Source of the DNA: Parasitella parasitica NRRL 2501
Lineage: Eukaryota; Fungi; Mucoromycota
NCBI GenBank assembly: GCA_025201805.1
Contig: MU619302.1
Coordinates: 10,733 to 65,765, forward strand
Direction of reading: 5' to 3'
Length of the DNA: 55,033 bases
The notes below the pieces were generated by a model. That model searched no databases and was not told where the DNA came from. It saw nothing but the letters and a program-made list of their open reading frames with translations. The translations under genes were made by a program, and so were the position numbers. Of this stretch, positions 16,245 through 33,100 are shown piece by piece; the first letter of the stretch is position 1; the number at the start of each line of letters is the position of its first letter.

Positions 16245-16621
16245 GATGATGTCCAAATGTGATAAAAAAAAGATACAGAAAAGTAGAAAGAAAGGGTGAA
16301 ATGAAAAAATTAACACGCCCTCTTTGTTGCCATTTCTTGGTGTGACTAGACGGCATTGAATGCATGTCTGCAATGATCTAATACGTCGATCGGTGTAGAG
16401 GTTGAAGGCCTCGTATCAGATTACAATGGCATCAGATTTGACTGGTCGCATTGTTTTATTCATGGCTTGCTTTATCGTACCAATACATCACTCAAAAATG
16501 GTGTTACATCACAATAATATCAAACCCAAAAATGGGAAGAATGGTAATTTCTCCAAACATTGACTTTATTCCAATATTGAATATAGGTGTCCATGTAGCT
16601 CACCCATGTTGTATATAGCTG

Positions 16622-19016
16622 TTAGCTGGAGTTGTTATGGCGATGACTGAGGAATTCCAGAATTGCTCGAGTCCCTTGCTCAACAACTGCAGGACGAGGG
16701 ACCCTAAACCTAAGATAAAATCGCTCATTTTAGATCTGGCATAATACTCTACAAAACATACAATAATAATATATTTGGACATACCTATTTCCAAACACAA
16801 CTAATTCCTTCAAGTTCTTCAATGCTGATAGACCAGGAGGTAGATATCCAATATCATTGTTACTCAATATCAACACTTCTAAGCTCTGACCAAATGATTT
16901 TTCAGTAATGTGATCCAGCTTATTTGAATAGACGCTCAGTGATTTAAGAGATGGCAACGCAGCTGGAAGAGTCTCTGGTAATTCACGGAGCGAGTTGTGA
17001 TCCAAGATCAGTTCCTCCACTTTGGGGAATGATGGTGCCATTCCTTGGATACACTCGAGTGCCTGGAGGCGGTTTTTGGACAAGTTCAGGACCTTGAGAT
17101 TAGTGAATACAACATTTTTCATTGTTAGGTTGAAATCTTTTAAAATATTGTGCTCCAGATGGAGTTTTACAATAAAGTTGGACATCAACGTCAGATTGGC
17201 AGGGAAAATCGCAAATTTGTTGTGATCCAGCAAAACTACCCCTGGAATGTCATCGCTAAAGACCATTAATTCGCGAGGCAATTCTGAAAGCTGATTCCTG
17301 GACAGATCAAGTCGTTTTGTCAGACTGACATTCTGTGCTAGGCTGTTGCTTAAACTGGTAATTTCGCATTCCTCGTTAAAAGTAGTATGCGCATCCGTGT
17401 CCTCAGAAGAGCTTTGCATCTGCTGCTCTTCCTGTTTTTGTCGTTGTTCCTGCTGCTGAGAGTAATTACTCTTCAATGACTCAATTAGCTGCGTCTGACT
17501 CATAGAAGCAAACGATCGCATAGGGTTCCCCGTGCAATGAATCATTTTCAACGATCCTAGCTTGCCCAGTTCGTATGGAAGTGTCAAAAGTTGGTTTCCC
17601 CTTACATCCAACCGCTGTAATCCAGTCAAATTAGTCACCACCGCAGGAATGTTTTGCAGTTGGTTTGACGAAATATCCAACGTCTGGATAAGAGGCGCGC
17701 CCGCTAGGCCTATTAATCCGTCATCTTGTAATTTGTTGCTTGTGAGCGAGAGTTCAACTAATTTAGGCATTGACACAGAACGGTCAAACATGGCTATCAG
17801 GTTATTTCCAGCCTCTAAACGGACCAGAGAGGGAAACGATATTTCCTTATCGACAGCTGTAGGAAATGTTATTATCGGCCCTTGTACGCAAAAATACGGG
17901 ACAAACCTGGGAATAGAGTCTTTAGCTTGTTTTGATTGACGATTAATTCCTTCAACCTTGTCCAAATCGAAGCAGAGGGTAATTGCGCGATTTGGTTGTT
18001 GCTTAAATTCAGTTTAACAATGTTGGATGCACTGTCCTGAATATCGATAGATTCAACTTGATTGTAACTAAGGTCCAGCTGTTCAATGGTGCTTCTTTCA
18101 AAGCATACATGGCCTTTGATTTGATTGTGCGACAAGTCCAATTCCTTGAGCTTTGAAAGTTGGTATAAAACATTGGGTATTTCTTCAAAATTATTGTAAG
18201 GCATCATGATGGATGTCAAGTTTTGCAACTGACACAAAGAATCGGGTAATCCTTTCAATTTGTTGTCACGAAACTATATGCATGTCTTAACAGTTGGCTC
18301 CCCCCTTTTATTATTTCTTATATGTATACTCACATCTAGCATCTTTAAGGAGCCAAATTCATCAGCCAGTCTTGGGTCAATTTCTGTGATTGCGTTGTCT
18401 CCAGCAATAAATTTTGTTAGTTCAACAGAATCATACCAGGCATCTCCTGAGGCGGCGAAATCTACAACGATAGAATTTGGATCAACGTGGTACCTTTGAT
18501 TATACGCCTGTTAATAATCACATATTTCCACTATCAGGGCCATGCTTACATTTTCAAGACTTCTTCTGGTATCTTGGTCAATCCTCTACTTGATATGTCA
18601 AGTTTCCCCATGGATTTTGCTTGTTTAATAACGGTTTGTATCTTTCTTGTCTCTACAACAGTAGGCTGGTCCTCCGTTGCCCCATCTCGGTACCGCTGAG
18701 CGCCCATCATGAAATTACCAGATTTTCTGATGGGATTTTCTTTTTTCGCGGCTACCGGCTGCTTTTGCGTGTCAGATTGGGCCATGCGAGCTCTCTGCTT
18801 GGCCATGAATTCTTTGACTCCAGCTGTAGGGCCAGTTGTACCCTTTACAACGCGAGGCTTGACTGAGCAAGTAGCCGATTCTGCCAGCACAGGCTCTTCC
18901 TCTCTCTTTGTGGCAGTTACTAGACCTGCATCCGAGCTTTGCTGCTTTTGAAGACGCAGCATAGAGGCTTTGGTAGCTCTCGGTTGAATTGAAGGCTTCC
19001 TTTGTTTGCTTGCCAT
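16622..19016 (-). CDS. Leucine-rich repeat protein, LRRC40-like
   Basis: Many LxxLxLxxNxL repeats, N-terminal AWYDSVELTKFIAGDN and C-terminal cap GN|RFRVPRPAVVEQGTRAILEFL, as in LRRC40. Confidence 0.85.
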
Positions 19017-19189
19017 TTGATCCACTTGAAAGTAAAAGAAAAATACAAAGAAAATCCCAAAAGAGAAGGGGAAGGGGCATAAATCCTGCAATTCCTCTGC
19101 CGCCACTCAAACTGAGTATTTTTTATCATAAATTTGAAAAAGTTGTGTGCCAAGTTTTCACCAAAAAAAAAAAATCCCCAGGGTGTTTT

Positions 19190-19255
19190 GGTTTCGCTCA
19201 GGTTTCGGTTCGCTCAGATTTCGGTTTCGCTCAGGTTTCGGTCGCTCAGGTTTCG
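19190..19255 (+). repeat. Four tandem copies of a ~17-bp unit (GGTTTCGCTCAGGTTTC)
   Basis: ggtttcgctcaggtttc ggttcgctcagatttc ggtttcgctcaggtttc ggtcgctcaggtttc. Confidence 0.9.
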
Positions 19256-19262
19256 ATTTAAA

Positions 19263-19890
19263 ATGAGTTTATTCGTTCTTCCCAAGTCGTTGCGTCCTGG
19301 AACAGATTTGATGTCGAAAGCCATCATTCACAATCCGAAAATCTTCAACATTATTACAACTACTCTGTCAAATACACAAAATGATTACATAGTAGGGAAT
19401 CCTGAGTGGGACAATGGCACTCGCTCAGATGTTGTCCTAGAAGCAAAGTCATCAGTATTAGACCTTCCCCCAATAATCATAGAAATTCAACATATGGTTA
19501 ACAGCTAGTTTATGAAGAGAGTCATAAATTACAGTCTTGAAGCTTTTAATAGACATAAATTGGACCCTATCGTTCTAATCATATGTACTGATACCTTATC
19601 TGATTCTGTTGCCAAAGAGGTAAAAACCAGCGCTATTCCTGCTTGCTATGACTTCCCTTCTGCAGGTTGGGCTTGTAATTGCCTGATTGTATGTAAAAGA
19701 CGCGTCCTAGAGTATACTGATATCATGCCTTTGAATCCATTCATTGCTCTTATTTTATTTCTGACCAGCCGGGAGAAGTTACAATAAATTGTTCACTTTA
19801 CCCAGATGATCCAACTATTCAATATTTGTACACTTTGGTGTCACATTTGCATCAAGATCGTCTTCGAGATCAGCATATTAGCATAAATAG
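19263..19890 (+). pseudogene. PD-(D/E)xK nuclease pseudogene, Rpn/YhgA-like motif pattern
   Basis: LRPGTDLMSK...NGTRSDVV...PPIIIEIQ...FMKRVINYS...DPIVLIIC. Has an in-frame TAG at 19506-19508 and a frameshift near 19770, after which it continues ...DDPTIQYLY. Confidence 0.65.
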
Positions 19891-20363
19891 CAACTTTGTG
19901 CGATGATGTCTTTGTATTAGAGCCATTGCTGATGGTTTCAATCAACTCAAAGGAACTCTCTCGCCAAGTAGATACTATCTGCCATGTTGCTGTAGGTTTG
20001 AAAAATTTATCGTGTATCTAGATAACTCTATTTTTCAATCAAAAAAGGAGATTTCCTATAGTAACAACGTCAATACAAAATGGTTCTAGAATGATGACTT
20101 TTCATTTGGAAAACTATAGAGATATGTAGAAAAAAGCCATTTTCCAGTTATATATCACTGGATACTCGTATTCTTAATATGATCGCTTGAGACCCACACC
20201 ATCAGATAGACAATAAACACTCTTCAAGGTTACTTGGTGCTATTTCTAAGGTTTAGTAAACCTTTTGCACAATTTCCTTAAATTACTTTTAAGATGGTTT
20301 GATGATAGCTCTGTTCAAAGTAATTTTATTCATCAAGAAATAACATACTATGATAAAGTAACA

Positions 20364-23727
<3,364 letters not shown>

Positions 23728-23744
23728 TTTTGCATTTATGCATG

Positions 23745-23790
23745 AGAGAGGTAGAGAAAGAGAGAAAGAGAGAAAGAGAGAAAGAGAGAA
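23745..23790. repeat. (GA/GAAA)n simple repeat in the 5' region of the DPP IV gene
   Basis: gagagaggtagagaaagagagaaagagagaaagagagaaagagagaag. Confidence 0.8.
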
Positions 23791-24054
23791 GGACAAGTAC
23801 CTTATTTTCCTGGTTGTATTAACAGACGTCCGAGAACAAATTGGGTGGAGATTAGAAAAAAAACGAGAGAGAGAGAGAAGAAAACGTTTAAAGGCTCTCT
23901 GTTTTATGAATTAATATACTATTTTAGGGGGTTGAAGAATGATATTCAATGTCACCAAAGGAGAGAGACAAAGAAAGATACAAGTTTAGTAAAGGAGATC
24001 CCTAAAACTAGCACTTATTTCATGTTGTGTAATGTTTGATAAAATGTTGTTAAA

Positions 24055-24817
24055 TTAATGCAAAAGACTGAACGCATGTAATTTGACTTGAATACAGGCT
24101 GTGATTCGGTTATTTCCCGTGTCCATACTGAATGTTTCTATGTCTATGTGCAAGAGAGGCTTTAATTGGGCATTTTGTCTTTTCAATTCTATCAAAATTA
24201 CCGTCATGCACCCCTAATTTTCGATCCTGTAATATAGTTACCAAGGAAACAATGTCAACAACCGCATTGTCCATGCCAACCAATGTTACCGTGTCAAAAA
24301 GCCTCAGCGACCGATCTATCCAGTCTATATAACGTTCGTATCCATGCTCAAACTGAGGTCTGTCGCCTTGGGTGGACTGCCTGCGACTATGTACGCTGTT
24401 TGCATGTTTTGTTTCGTTGATACGCTGGACGGGATCTATGGCTGCCTCAATGGCAATGAATTTAGATTCGGTGGCAAATAGGTCAGCTGGTGGCGTAGTG
24501 ACAACGACACTGCTAGACTTGGTTGTACGCAATCCTTGTGTTGCTTTACTCTTGCCATATTTATTACTCTTGGAGTCGCGATGCTGAGGTTTTGTAGTGT
24601 CTTTTTGTTTGCCTTTAGTTGTTGTAGCTGTAGTCGAGGAGGAGTGGGAGGAGGAGGATTCTGCTTTGGATTGAAATTTTGTCTTGGATTTATCAGAATT
24701 TGTTTGTTTCTCTACATTTTGTTTCTCTTTCCGTTTAGGCGATGGGCTCTTTATCGGCAGAGGCTCAGGCGGGAACGTTGAAATAGGTGTAAAATCGTGT
24801 GCCAAAGGGTTCAGCAT
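24055..24817 (-). CDS. Uncharacterised protein: N-terminal PAM2 motif, low-complexity linker, C-terminal Alba-like domain
   Basis: Starts MLNPLAHDFTP (PAM2-like). The C-terminus reads YIDWIDRSLRLFDTVTLVGMDNAVVDIVSLVTILQDRKLG...|IETFSMDTGNNRITACIQVKL. One intron at ~24144-24201. Confidence 0.7.
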
Positions 24818-25288
24818 GGTATAACCTTTGATTTATAAACGAGAAGGAAGATGATGATAGCTGTGGATCTGGCTGATGTAACATCCAAATGAATGTGACT
24901 GAAAAGGGCTGTAAAAATGTCATGGCGGCAATGTCTGTCGTATTCACACCGTAACAGCCTCAAAGGGAAAACTGAGCAATCAATGTCTCACCTCCAAAAT
25001 AGTGTCGTTGTTTTATGGATGGGCAAAAAGGATTTTCAGGTAATTGGAAATGGAGACAACCTTTCGTCATTTTCAAGGAGATATACAGAGTTCATCAGTA
25101 TGAGACACAAGCGCAAGATGCTCTAAAGTCAATCAAGTTTATGCAATATTAGGCATTCTCATCAAAAGACCCGGCACTTGAATACGAGGGAGGCGGTAAC
25201 ACACACAAAAAACGCCGTGATATTTGTTTTTTAGGGGAAAAAGAAAAGAAAAAGCATTTCCCTTCTTTTTCCAAGCATCCTCTACAAC

Positions 25289-27047
25289 ATGGCTATTCAA
25301 ACGCGGTCAGCGTCAAAAAAGGCCAACAACAGCAACGAAGAGCAGCCTCAGGCTGATGCAGTACCTCCTAATCGTGCTGCTCGACGTGCTGCTCAAAAGA
25401 AAGAAGTCAAGGAAACCAAGGCAACCAAGGTTACAAAGACTACCAGAACTACTAGAACTACCAAGTCTACACGCTCTGTGTCTTCAGCAAGTCGCTCCAA
25501 GGAGCTGAACCCCAAGACAACCCATTACGAGTAAGTTGAAGGAACAGTGGATGTAGCAAAAAGTCAGTGCATAACTTGATGCGACTTTTTGTGGTAGATT
25601 CGGTGGTGTTGCTGGTGCCATGGCAATGATTACATTTTTACCTCTGCTGGTGGTTATGTTTGCATATGGCTGTGATAAAAGTGGAGGCTACCATCCTTTT
25701 CAAAGATTCTACCAGTTCGTGACACACTTTGACATTGAATTTCTCAAGCATAAAGTATTGAGCTGGAGTTATGGCGCTGCCATCTTTTACCTGGGTATTG
25801 TATTGCAGCTGGTAGTGTATTCTTATGCGCTTCCGGGCGAGGAAATCGAAGGCGCCCCTCTTCGTGATGGTACTCGTCTCAAGTATAAGATCAATGGTAA
25901 ATATGTGGGTTCTAATCAAATATGCTTGCATGTTACTCATGTTATAATTAGCGATGAGCGCACTTCAGTCGCTTATCACGCTCTCGTTTATGTCCCTTCG
26001 TGGACAAGGTTGGTTTATGTTTTTATGGGTAAAGGCTCATTTTGCCGACATTACTTTGTTTTCTATCTTTGTCTCCTTCCTTGTTTCAATTTGCGTCTAC
26101 CTCCGTAGTTTTGTTGGTGACAGAATGTTGGCTCTTGGAGGCAACACAGGCAATCCAATCTACGATGTAAGTTCTATTGCTTATGGACATTTGTTTGTTG
26201 TTTCGGTGTTGATGCTATAGATGGCTGCTCTTTTTAGTTTATGATTGGTCGTGAATTGAACCCTCGTATTGGAAAGTTTGACATCAAGTTCTTTACTGAA
26301 CTTAGACCTGGATTGATCATGTGGTTATGCTTGAATGTATGTTTTGGTATTTGTCAATGGGTCGAGTTGGGAAGAGTTACCTACTCTATGGTTCTTGTTC
26401 TTGTTTTCCAAGCCTGGTATGTAGTGGATGCTTTGATCAATGAGTCTTCCATCCTTACTACTATGGACATTACCACGGACGGCTTTGGCTTTATGCTTGC
26501 TTTCGGTAACCTCTGTTGGGTTCCCATGATGTACAGCTTGCAAGCTCGCTATCTTGCCGATAATCCAGTTGATTTGAGTACCCCTCATTTGATCGCCATT
26601 ATTGCTCTTCAATTTGTGGGCTACTATATCTTTAGATCAGCCAACTCTCAAAAGGATGCTTTCCGTAAGGATCCCAAAGACCCCAAAGTCGCAGGTAGTA
26701 AAATAGTAACAAAAGTGTGTGTACATATCCGTGAGACAGCAAATTGAGCCTCTCGTTTCTTAGATCTGCAATACATTGAGACAAGAGCAGGCACTCGCTT
26801 GATCACTTCTGGCTGGTGGGGCAAGGCAAGACACATTAACTACTTGGGTGATTGGTTAATGTCTGTAGCATGGTGTTTGCCCTGTGGATTTGGATCGATC
26901 ATTCCTTATTTTTACTGTGTCTACTTTGCCATCTTGTTGGTCCATCGTGAACGTCGTGATGAGGAAAAGTGCCATAAAAAGTACGGCGCTGACTGGGAAC
27001 GCTACTGTTCGATTGTCAAATATCGCATTATCCCTGGCATCTATTAA
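25289..27047 (+). CDS. ERG24: Delta(14)-sterol reductase (ERG24/LBR family)
   Basis: ELNPKTTHYE|FGG, GGNTGNPIYD|FMIGRELNPRIG, ELRPG, TTMDITTDGFGFMLAFG, SGWWGKARHINYLGD, HRERRDEEKCHKKYG...YRIIPGIY*. Confidence 0.93.
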
Positions 27048-27559
27048 TGTATATTCATGTTAATTTAATGTACAAAGAAATAAATAGGAAACACTCAGCA
27101 TGTGCATGGTTGTTTATCATACATTATTCTAAGCGCTTGGAAACACCAAACATTGACAGCACACAGAGATGCTTTTCGGGGCACCGGTTATTGAACGTAT
27201 GCTGTCCTTGTCTACGTTTTTGTATGACCTTACAGCTGTTTTCGTGCAAGTCCAACATCGCCTACTATATTATCGCAATTAATCAAAAATGAATGTGATA
27301 CAAAATGCTTTAATTTGATTTCGTATTACATCTAAAAATTGATTCACTTTATGGATTGACAAGCTTCCCTCCTGCTCTTTTTTATGTGTTGATACATATT
27401 ATTAGCATATAAGTTTAGTTTGAATAATAGAGGATTAAAATTATTTATGAGTGGTTGTGTGTCTGGTAAACAAAAAATCGTAAAAGTGGAAAAGAGGACA
27501 AAGAGATATATGGTAGTGAGAGAAACTAGAGTATTAAATATAACAAATTAAAAAGGCTT

Positions 27560-29355
27560 TTAATCAGCTAATTGTGCTTGTGCCAATCTAGCCTCCAAAT
27601 TACGCAAGGCCTCCTCTTTACTCAAAAGTTCAGCTCTCTTTTCTTGAATTTCACGTTGTACCTTCAATTCAATCTCACGAAGCTAGCGTCATGATAGTTA
27701 TTATGAGTACGCAATTTCGTAGAAAAAGATGCATCAGTGTATCAGTATTACCTTCTCTTCCTCCTTTTTCAATTGCTCCTCCTTCAATCTAACGCTTTGA
27801 GACGCCATGTCTTCGGCATTCAACGAGGCATCATCTTGCTCGCCTCCATTAACAGTACGACTAAGCTTCTCAGTACGGTAGTTTTCGTAGAGGAAATCAT
27901 GAGTAATTTCTTTGAGATCTTGCAAATGAGAGCTGTATATCGCTGAGTATGTAGAACAAAAAAAAAAAAAAAAAATCAAACAAGCAATTACCTTAGCAAA
28001 GCAGATCTTAAGCGGCCGAAGTCAGAGTGTTTGGGATTATCAACTTCGACAGCGCCCCAAGGGTATTGGCGACCACGAACAGTGCGACCATTCACAACAA
28101 TTTCTTCCTCACTACCAATGATGGAGAAAGGCAACAGCGCCTGTTAATATAAGCAGGTTAGTAACGATGTCAGAGAAAAATGTTGTCAAGCTGATATACG
28201 TTACCCTCAACTCACTGTTTTCTTCAATAGTGTCTTCTTCGTCTTCCTCGACATCATAAGGAAAGTTATAAATGGGAATGTTGTAGTGCTCAATGTCTTC
28301 CATGATCTACCAAAAATCAAAACATTTGAATACAACTTTTTCCTGTGTCTGGTTAAGAATACTTTACTCTGCTCTTGAATTCCTTGAGTTCTTGAGGAGT
28401 AAGAGAGTCGGCACGGCCTACAACAGGGATAACGTTGACACGAGGACTTAATCTACGCATCAACTCGATGTCAATTTCACGCAAGCTACAGATGTTTGTT
28501 TGTTTGTCAGTTTATAGATTCTCATCTGGAATAAAAATACACATTACGCATGGCCGGTAGGCGAAATAAAGTATAACAGAGCGTGGACTCGGTTATCACG
28601 GAATCTAGGGTTACGCTTGATTCTAGATTCCTCAGCAAGGATATCATCATATTGCTTTTCCAAGTAGGCAACAATTTCATGGAAACTAATCAAACGCTGC
28701 ATTAGTATGATGGAAGAAGGCCATGTTTGTACTTCTTTTACCATGCTTCATTGTCAATGTTGTCACCAAAACCAGGTGTATCAACAATAGTTAAAGAGAT
28801 CCTATATAAAGCAAAGAAGTGTTAACTCCCTTTTATCTCCTTAAACAACAAAATTCTCCTGTGTATCTTTTTATTATTTCGTACGAAGATAGGCATCCCC
28901 CATCTTCTGACCCCCCCCCCTTTTTTTTTTAAAAAAAAAAAGTCGCTTTACCTAACACCATCTTCATCCAATTCTAAGCATGAAAAATATCTGTTATTTC
29001 AACGCTAATGTCCATATAGACAGAAGACTTACCGACAGAAACAGGTTTAATATTAATCCCCTCCTCGTTGTGTGCATCTTCTGGGTTGTCAGACTCTTTC
29101 TTTACAAGGATACGATCATCGCAAAGAGTGTTGACAAAGGTAGTGCGACCAGTACCAGAAGCACCTAAAAATCACCAAGGTAAGTATTTAATTACTAGTA
29201 TCATATTTCCTTGTACATACCAACAACCATGAGGGTGAATTGGAACCCTTTCTTGACATTCTTTCTGCGTCCTCCAAGTCTCTAAAAGCAACATTTGTCA
29301 ACAAAAACAAAAGCTTTATACAATCAAATAGCTAAATAAAACATACATGAGACAT
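27560..29355 (-). CDS. CDC11: Septin, Cdc11/AspA group
   Basis: [11 protein letters not shown]|[14 protein letters not shown] (GRT P-loop variant of Cdc11), [52 protein letters not shown] and a C-terminal coiled coil. Many short introns. Confidence 0.88.
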
Positions 29356-30149
29356 TTTAGATTGTTTATTTTATATAAAGAAAAGAGAAAGAAAGAAAGA
29401 GAAAAAAGGGGGAAAGGATGAAGACTATACAGAAAAGAGGTGCAAGCGGGGGATACCGAATTTGAAATCAAGTAGCTATTATCCAATGAAATATAATGGT
29501 TACTGAGCCTGACACGCGCAAGTTTCCCTTTTTCCCTCATCTAAATTGTGATCTCCTCTTGTCTACGGTTTATTAATTTCCTGCAACATTTGAGATAGAA
29601 ACTACTCAACCGTTACAAAATACCTTTTTTTTTTTTTTTTTCGNNNNNNNNNNNNNNNNNNNNNNNNNNNNNNNNNNNNNNNNTCTCAAGTATAAACGAT
29701 ATTCTGCTGCACCGTCGTCTTAACCACATGAAAGTTTAGCTACATGTCTCAATAAAATTTAGCGTGACAGATTTACCATCTTGTATGCATATTCTGACAT
29801 GGCATGGCTACTGCATGTAAAGAATTATCCAATGCACAAATGTCTATCTGGAAATAACTATCGCTTTTAATATTTCCTTAATTTTATACCATGGACTTTG
29901 TTCCAATTAGCACAAAATGAACGAAGGCGCTTCTCTTTCCCAATATACTATAACGCCAACATTCTTTGATGAGCGTTCAAACAAACAAGATAAACCAAGC
30001 CTCTTACCTGATTGATTATTATATTGAAATACATTTACTCACACAACTATTATAAACAATTAGAGCGTAAATACTAGCTTCTTTTCCGTTTCATTGTAAT
30101 AGAATAGTATAGCCTCTGCTGCCTGATCAACGTTAGTGTCTTTTTATTT

Positions 30150-33100
30150 TGCTCCTTTGAAACGACTTTACTAGTTTGGGTGATTTTTGATTACGGTGTA
30201 TCCACTCGAAAATTTCAATGTTTGCTACTCAAGAAATCAACAGATGGATCGAATGTAATTTCTGATAGCTTTGTAACAAATCTCAAGGCTAAGCAAATCT
30301 TTTTGTTCTAAAAGCTATGAAAACCTATCTTTGTCTAATGCTATATCATGCTAGATGTTTCAAGATTATAGTTTCTATAGCAGAGAAAAATGTAATTGCA
30401 GAGATTAGATCAATGAAAAATGAGGTCTCTTGATAGTTGCTTTTGTAATCGTATTTTTCAATATATTGGCTATACAATCATATCAAAATGGTTCCAAGTT
30501 TGCTTATGGGATTTATACCTTGCTCCTAATTGAAAATGGGCGCTTACAAGCAAAGCATTTTTCAAGTGGCCTTTTGAGAATAAAAGCTGTAGCTTAACTG
30601 ATAGAATGTGAGAACCAGCAGTATGATCTGTATCGTGTGGAATAAGCAAATCTTCGTTATAAATATTCCAAGAAAGCCTTAGGTATGTTTGATATGCGTA
30701 TTAAAAGTTTCAAGTAGAGCAATGAATTATGCATCAAACCATGTAGGTTATATCGCTATTAATATACTTTTTTTCGAAACGTTAATTTTCAAATCTTAAT
30801 CAGTCGGTGCACCACATCAATAACTACACGTCCATATAATTTTCTTAGCTGTAGTTCCATTATTTCGACCAATTTTGTCGTCCCTAGATCCATAGGCCCA
30901 AAGTGGGCCTTTCAAGAGGGAAAAAACCCATTCTGCTTTTTTGGATTATCTTGCTCAAAAGTTGATTAAACAAAAACTATTTGGCAGTTATTTGGTAGCT
31001 CTATGTCTGTATCGCAAAAACTACATCTCAAGCGTCTTTTGTCGCTTTGAAAATAAATCAAACTTCTGGCAAGAAAAAAAAAACCTTAAGATTTCTTTTC
31101 CTGATATTTACCTGAAACTTGCATATCTAGGATGTACTCTTAGCTTTAACCCTAAATTTGTACCCTGAAGGTTGACTCAAAATTGAAAACTGAAAACTAA
31201 CTCTGAGGTTTGGCGTCCAAACGAAACAAAACTTAAAAATGGTCAGAGATGCATGAAAATCGGATGTTATTTAGACTAGTCTAAAAGAAGATGCTTTTGT
31301 CTGAAAATTTTATGTTTATTGCTAGATATGTTGCAAAGATATTAAAGATTGCAGATTATGCCTTTAAGCGGGGAAAAAGGTAATGGTTTAGATTGTGTAG
31401 CATTTATTGAATCCAAAAATGAGGGTATATAAAAATATTTTAAGGTTATATTATACAGTACTTCATCTATCAATTCATATTGAGATATACCCAGTTTGAA
31501 TATTAAAATCATACTTCGCTTCTCAATTGAAAATAGGCGGTGCACTCATTTACAGCGACAAAATAGTAGTAGGCTGTATATTCAATCTCAGCAGTATGTT
31601 TCAATTTGGCCCAAACCAAAATCGAGAAATTTTTGCATACTTCATTGCTAGATATCTCAAGAAATTGATAGATATACTGGATATGTGCACTAAATGTTTA
31701 ATAACAAAAATTAAATTCTGCATCTAACCATGTAAATTACAAGGCTATAAAAAGATTTTTTTTTATTACCAATTTTCAAATATTCAAAAAACGCCTTTTT
31801 TGATAGTTTTTGAGTGATAACAAGCATATTTTGAAATCATTCGGCTCTATAAAGTTGATCAAACAAATCAGCATGTCAATACCTACACACCAATAATTTA
31901 TTTACAACTGTAGCTTTATTACATCTGCCAAAAATCAAAATCTTGTCTCGACTAAAATGAATCTACAATTATCCGGTCCTATACTTGGAGGGCCAAAATG
32001 AAGCCATTCAAAAGGATAAAAATCAATTCCGTTTTTCGAGATTTTCTCGCTCAAAAATGGTATTTTTTGACCAAACAAAAACCTTTCGGTAGCTATGTTG
32101 TAGCTCTATTTTTTTATTCCTATGTCATGTATCTTTATATACCATCTATTGCTCTGAAAGTGATGAAAATAAATTAAGCCTCTGCTAAAAACATATGCAA
32201 AAATATTTTTTTCTACATATCTATCTAAAAACTTATACATCTATTAGAGAATCAAATTTCAAAAAGAGTTTAATAATAACTCAAGCCAAAGTGTCTTAGT
32301 GGTTTGTCGAGAAACAGGCTGACCAAATTTACCGTAAAAAGACAAAATTGGCTTAAGCTTGTCGGATTTAAGCTTGACTACGACATATTCAAAACCAGTA
32401 GCTGTACCAAAAAAAACGTGCCTTATTACTTTACTTAAGAGCTTGAACTTGATTTACTTGCAAAATTTGGTATTTGTTATAGGAACATATGCTGAAAAAT
32501 CTGCAAAATCTGCAAAATCTAGCTTTGGCAATATCTCGACAACAAAGATAGATATCGAAAATCGGAAAGCGTAGTGAGGTACAGTTATCATAGCAGTACT
32601 TGAATGTATACTTGCCTTGGACCCCAAATCCGTACCTGAAAATGACCCTGAAGGTCGACCCAAAGTTGAAAATTGAAAATCGAATATGAGGTTTGGGGTC
32701 TAAACAAAGCAAAATCTGAAAAACGGACAGCGGTAGATGAGGTTTGAATATGTTTTAAAATGGTACAAAAGAAGTAGATTTTGGCTGAAAGTTGTATCTC
32801 TATTGCAAAGATAGTAGAGACTGCATATTATGCCTTTAAAGCAGGGACCAAAACATGAAGCTACATGAAATCACTTTTGAGGTCACATTTTACAGCATCT
32901 TGGCATTTCATTCATATCAAGATGGTTCCAAATTATCTATTACTGAAAACATGTTTTGCTTTTGAATTGAAATGAATAGTTGGTTCTTCTGGAAAATATG
33001 TTATGGCAAAAAATGTAAGATTTCCGGTTATGGCTTTTTTGTGGTTTCTGTGAGAGATTTGACAGTAAAGCAAATCTATGAACTACCATAATCTTTGTGA

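Noticed and set aside
19190-19255. Repeat array next to a nuclease as a CRISPR-like locus
   Set aside because: Units are directly adjacent with no unique spacers, and the context is eukaryotic with no cas-like genes.
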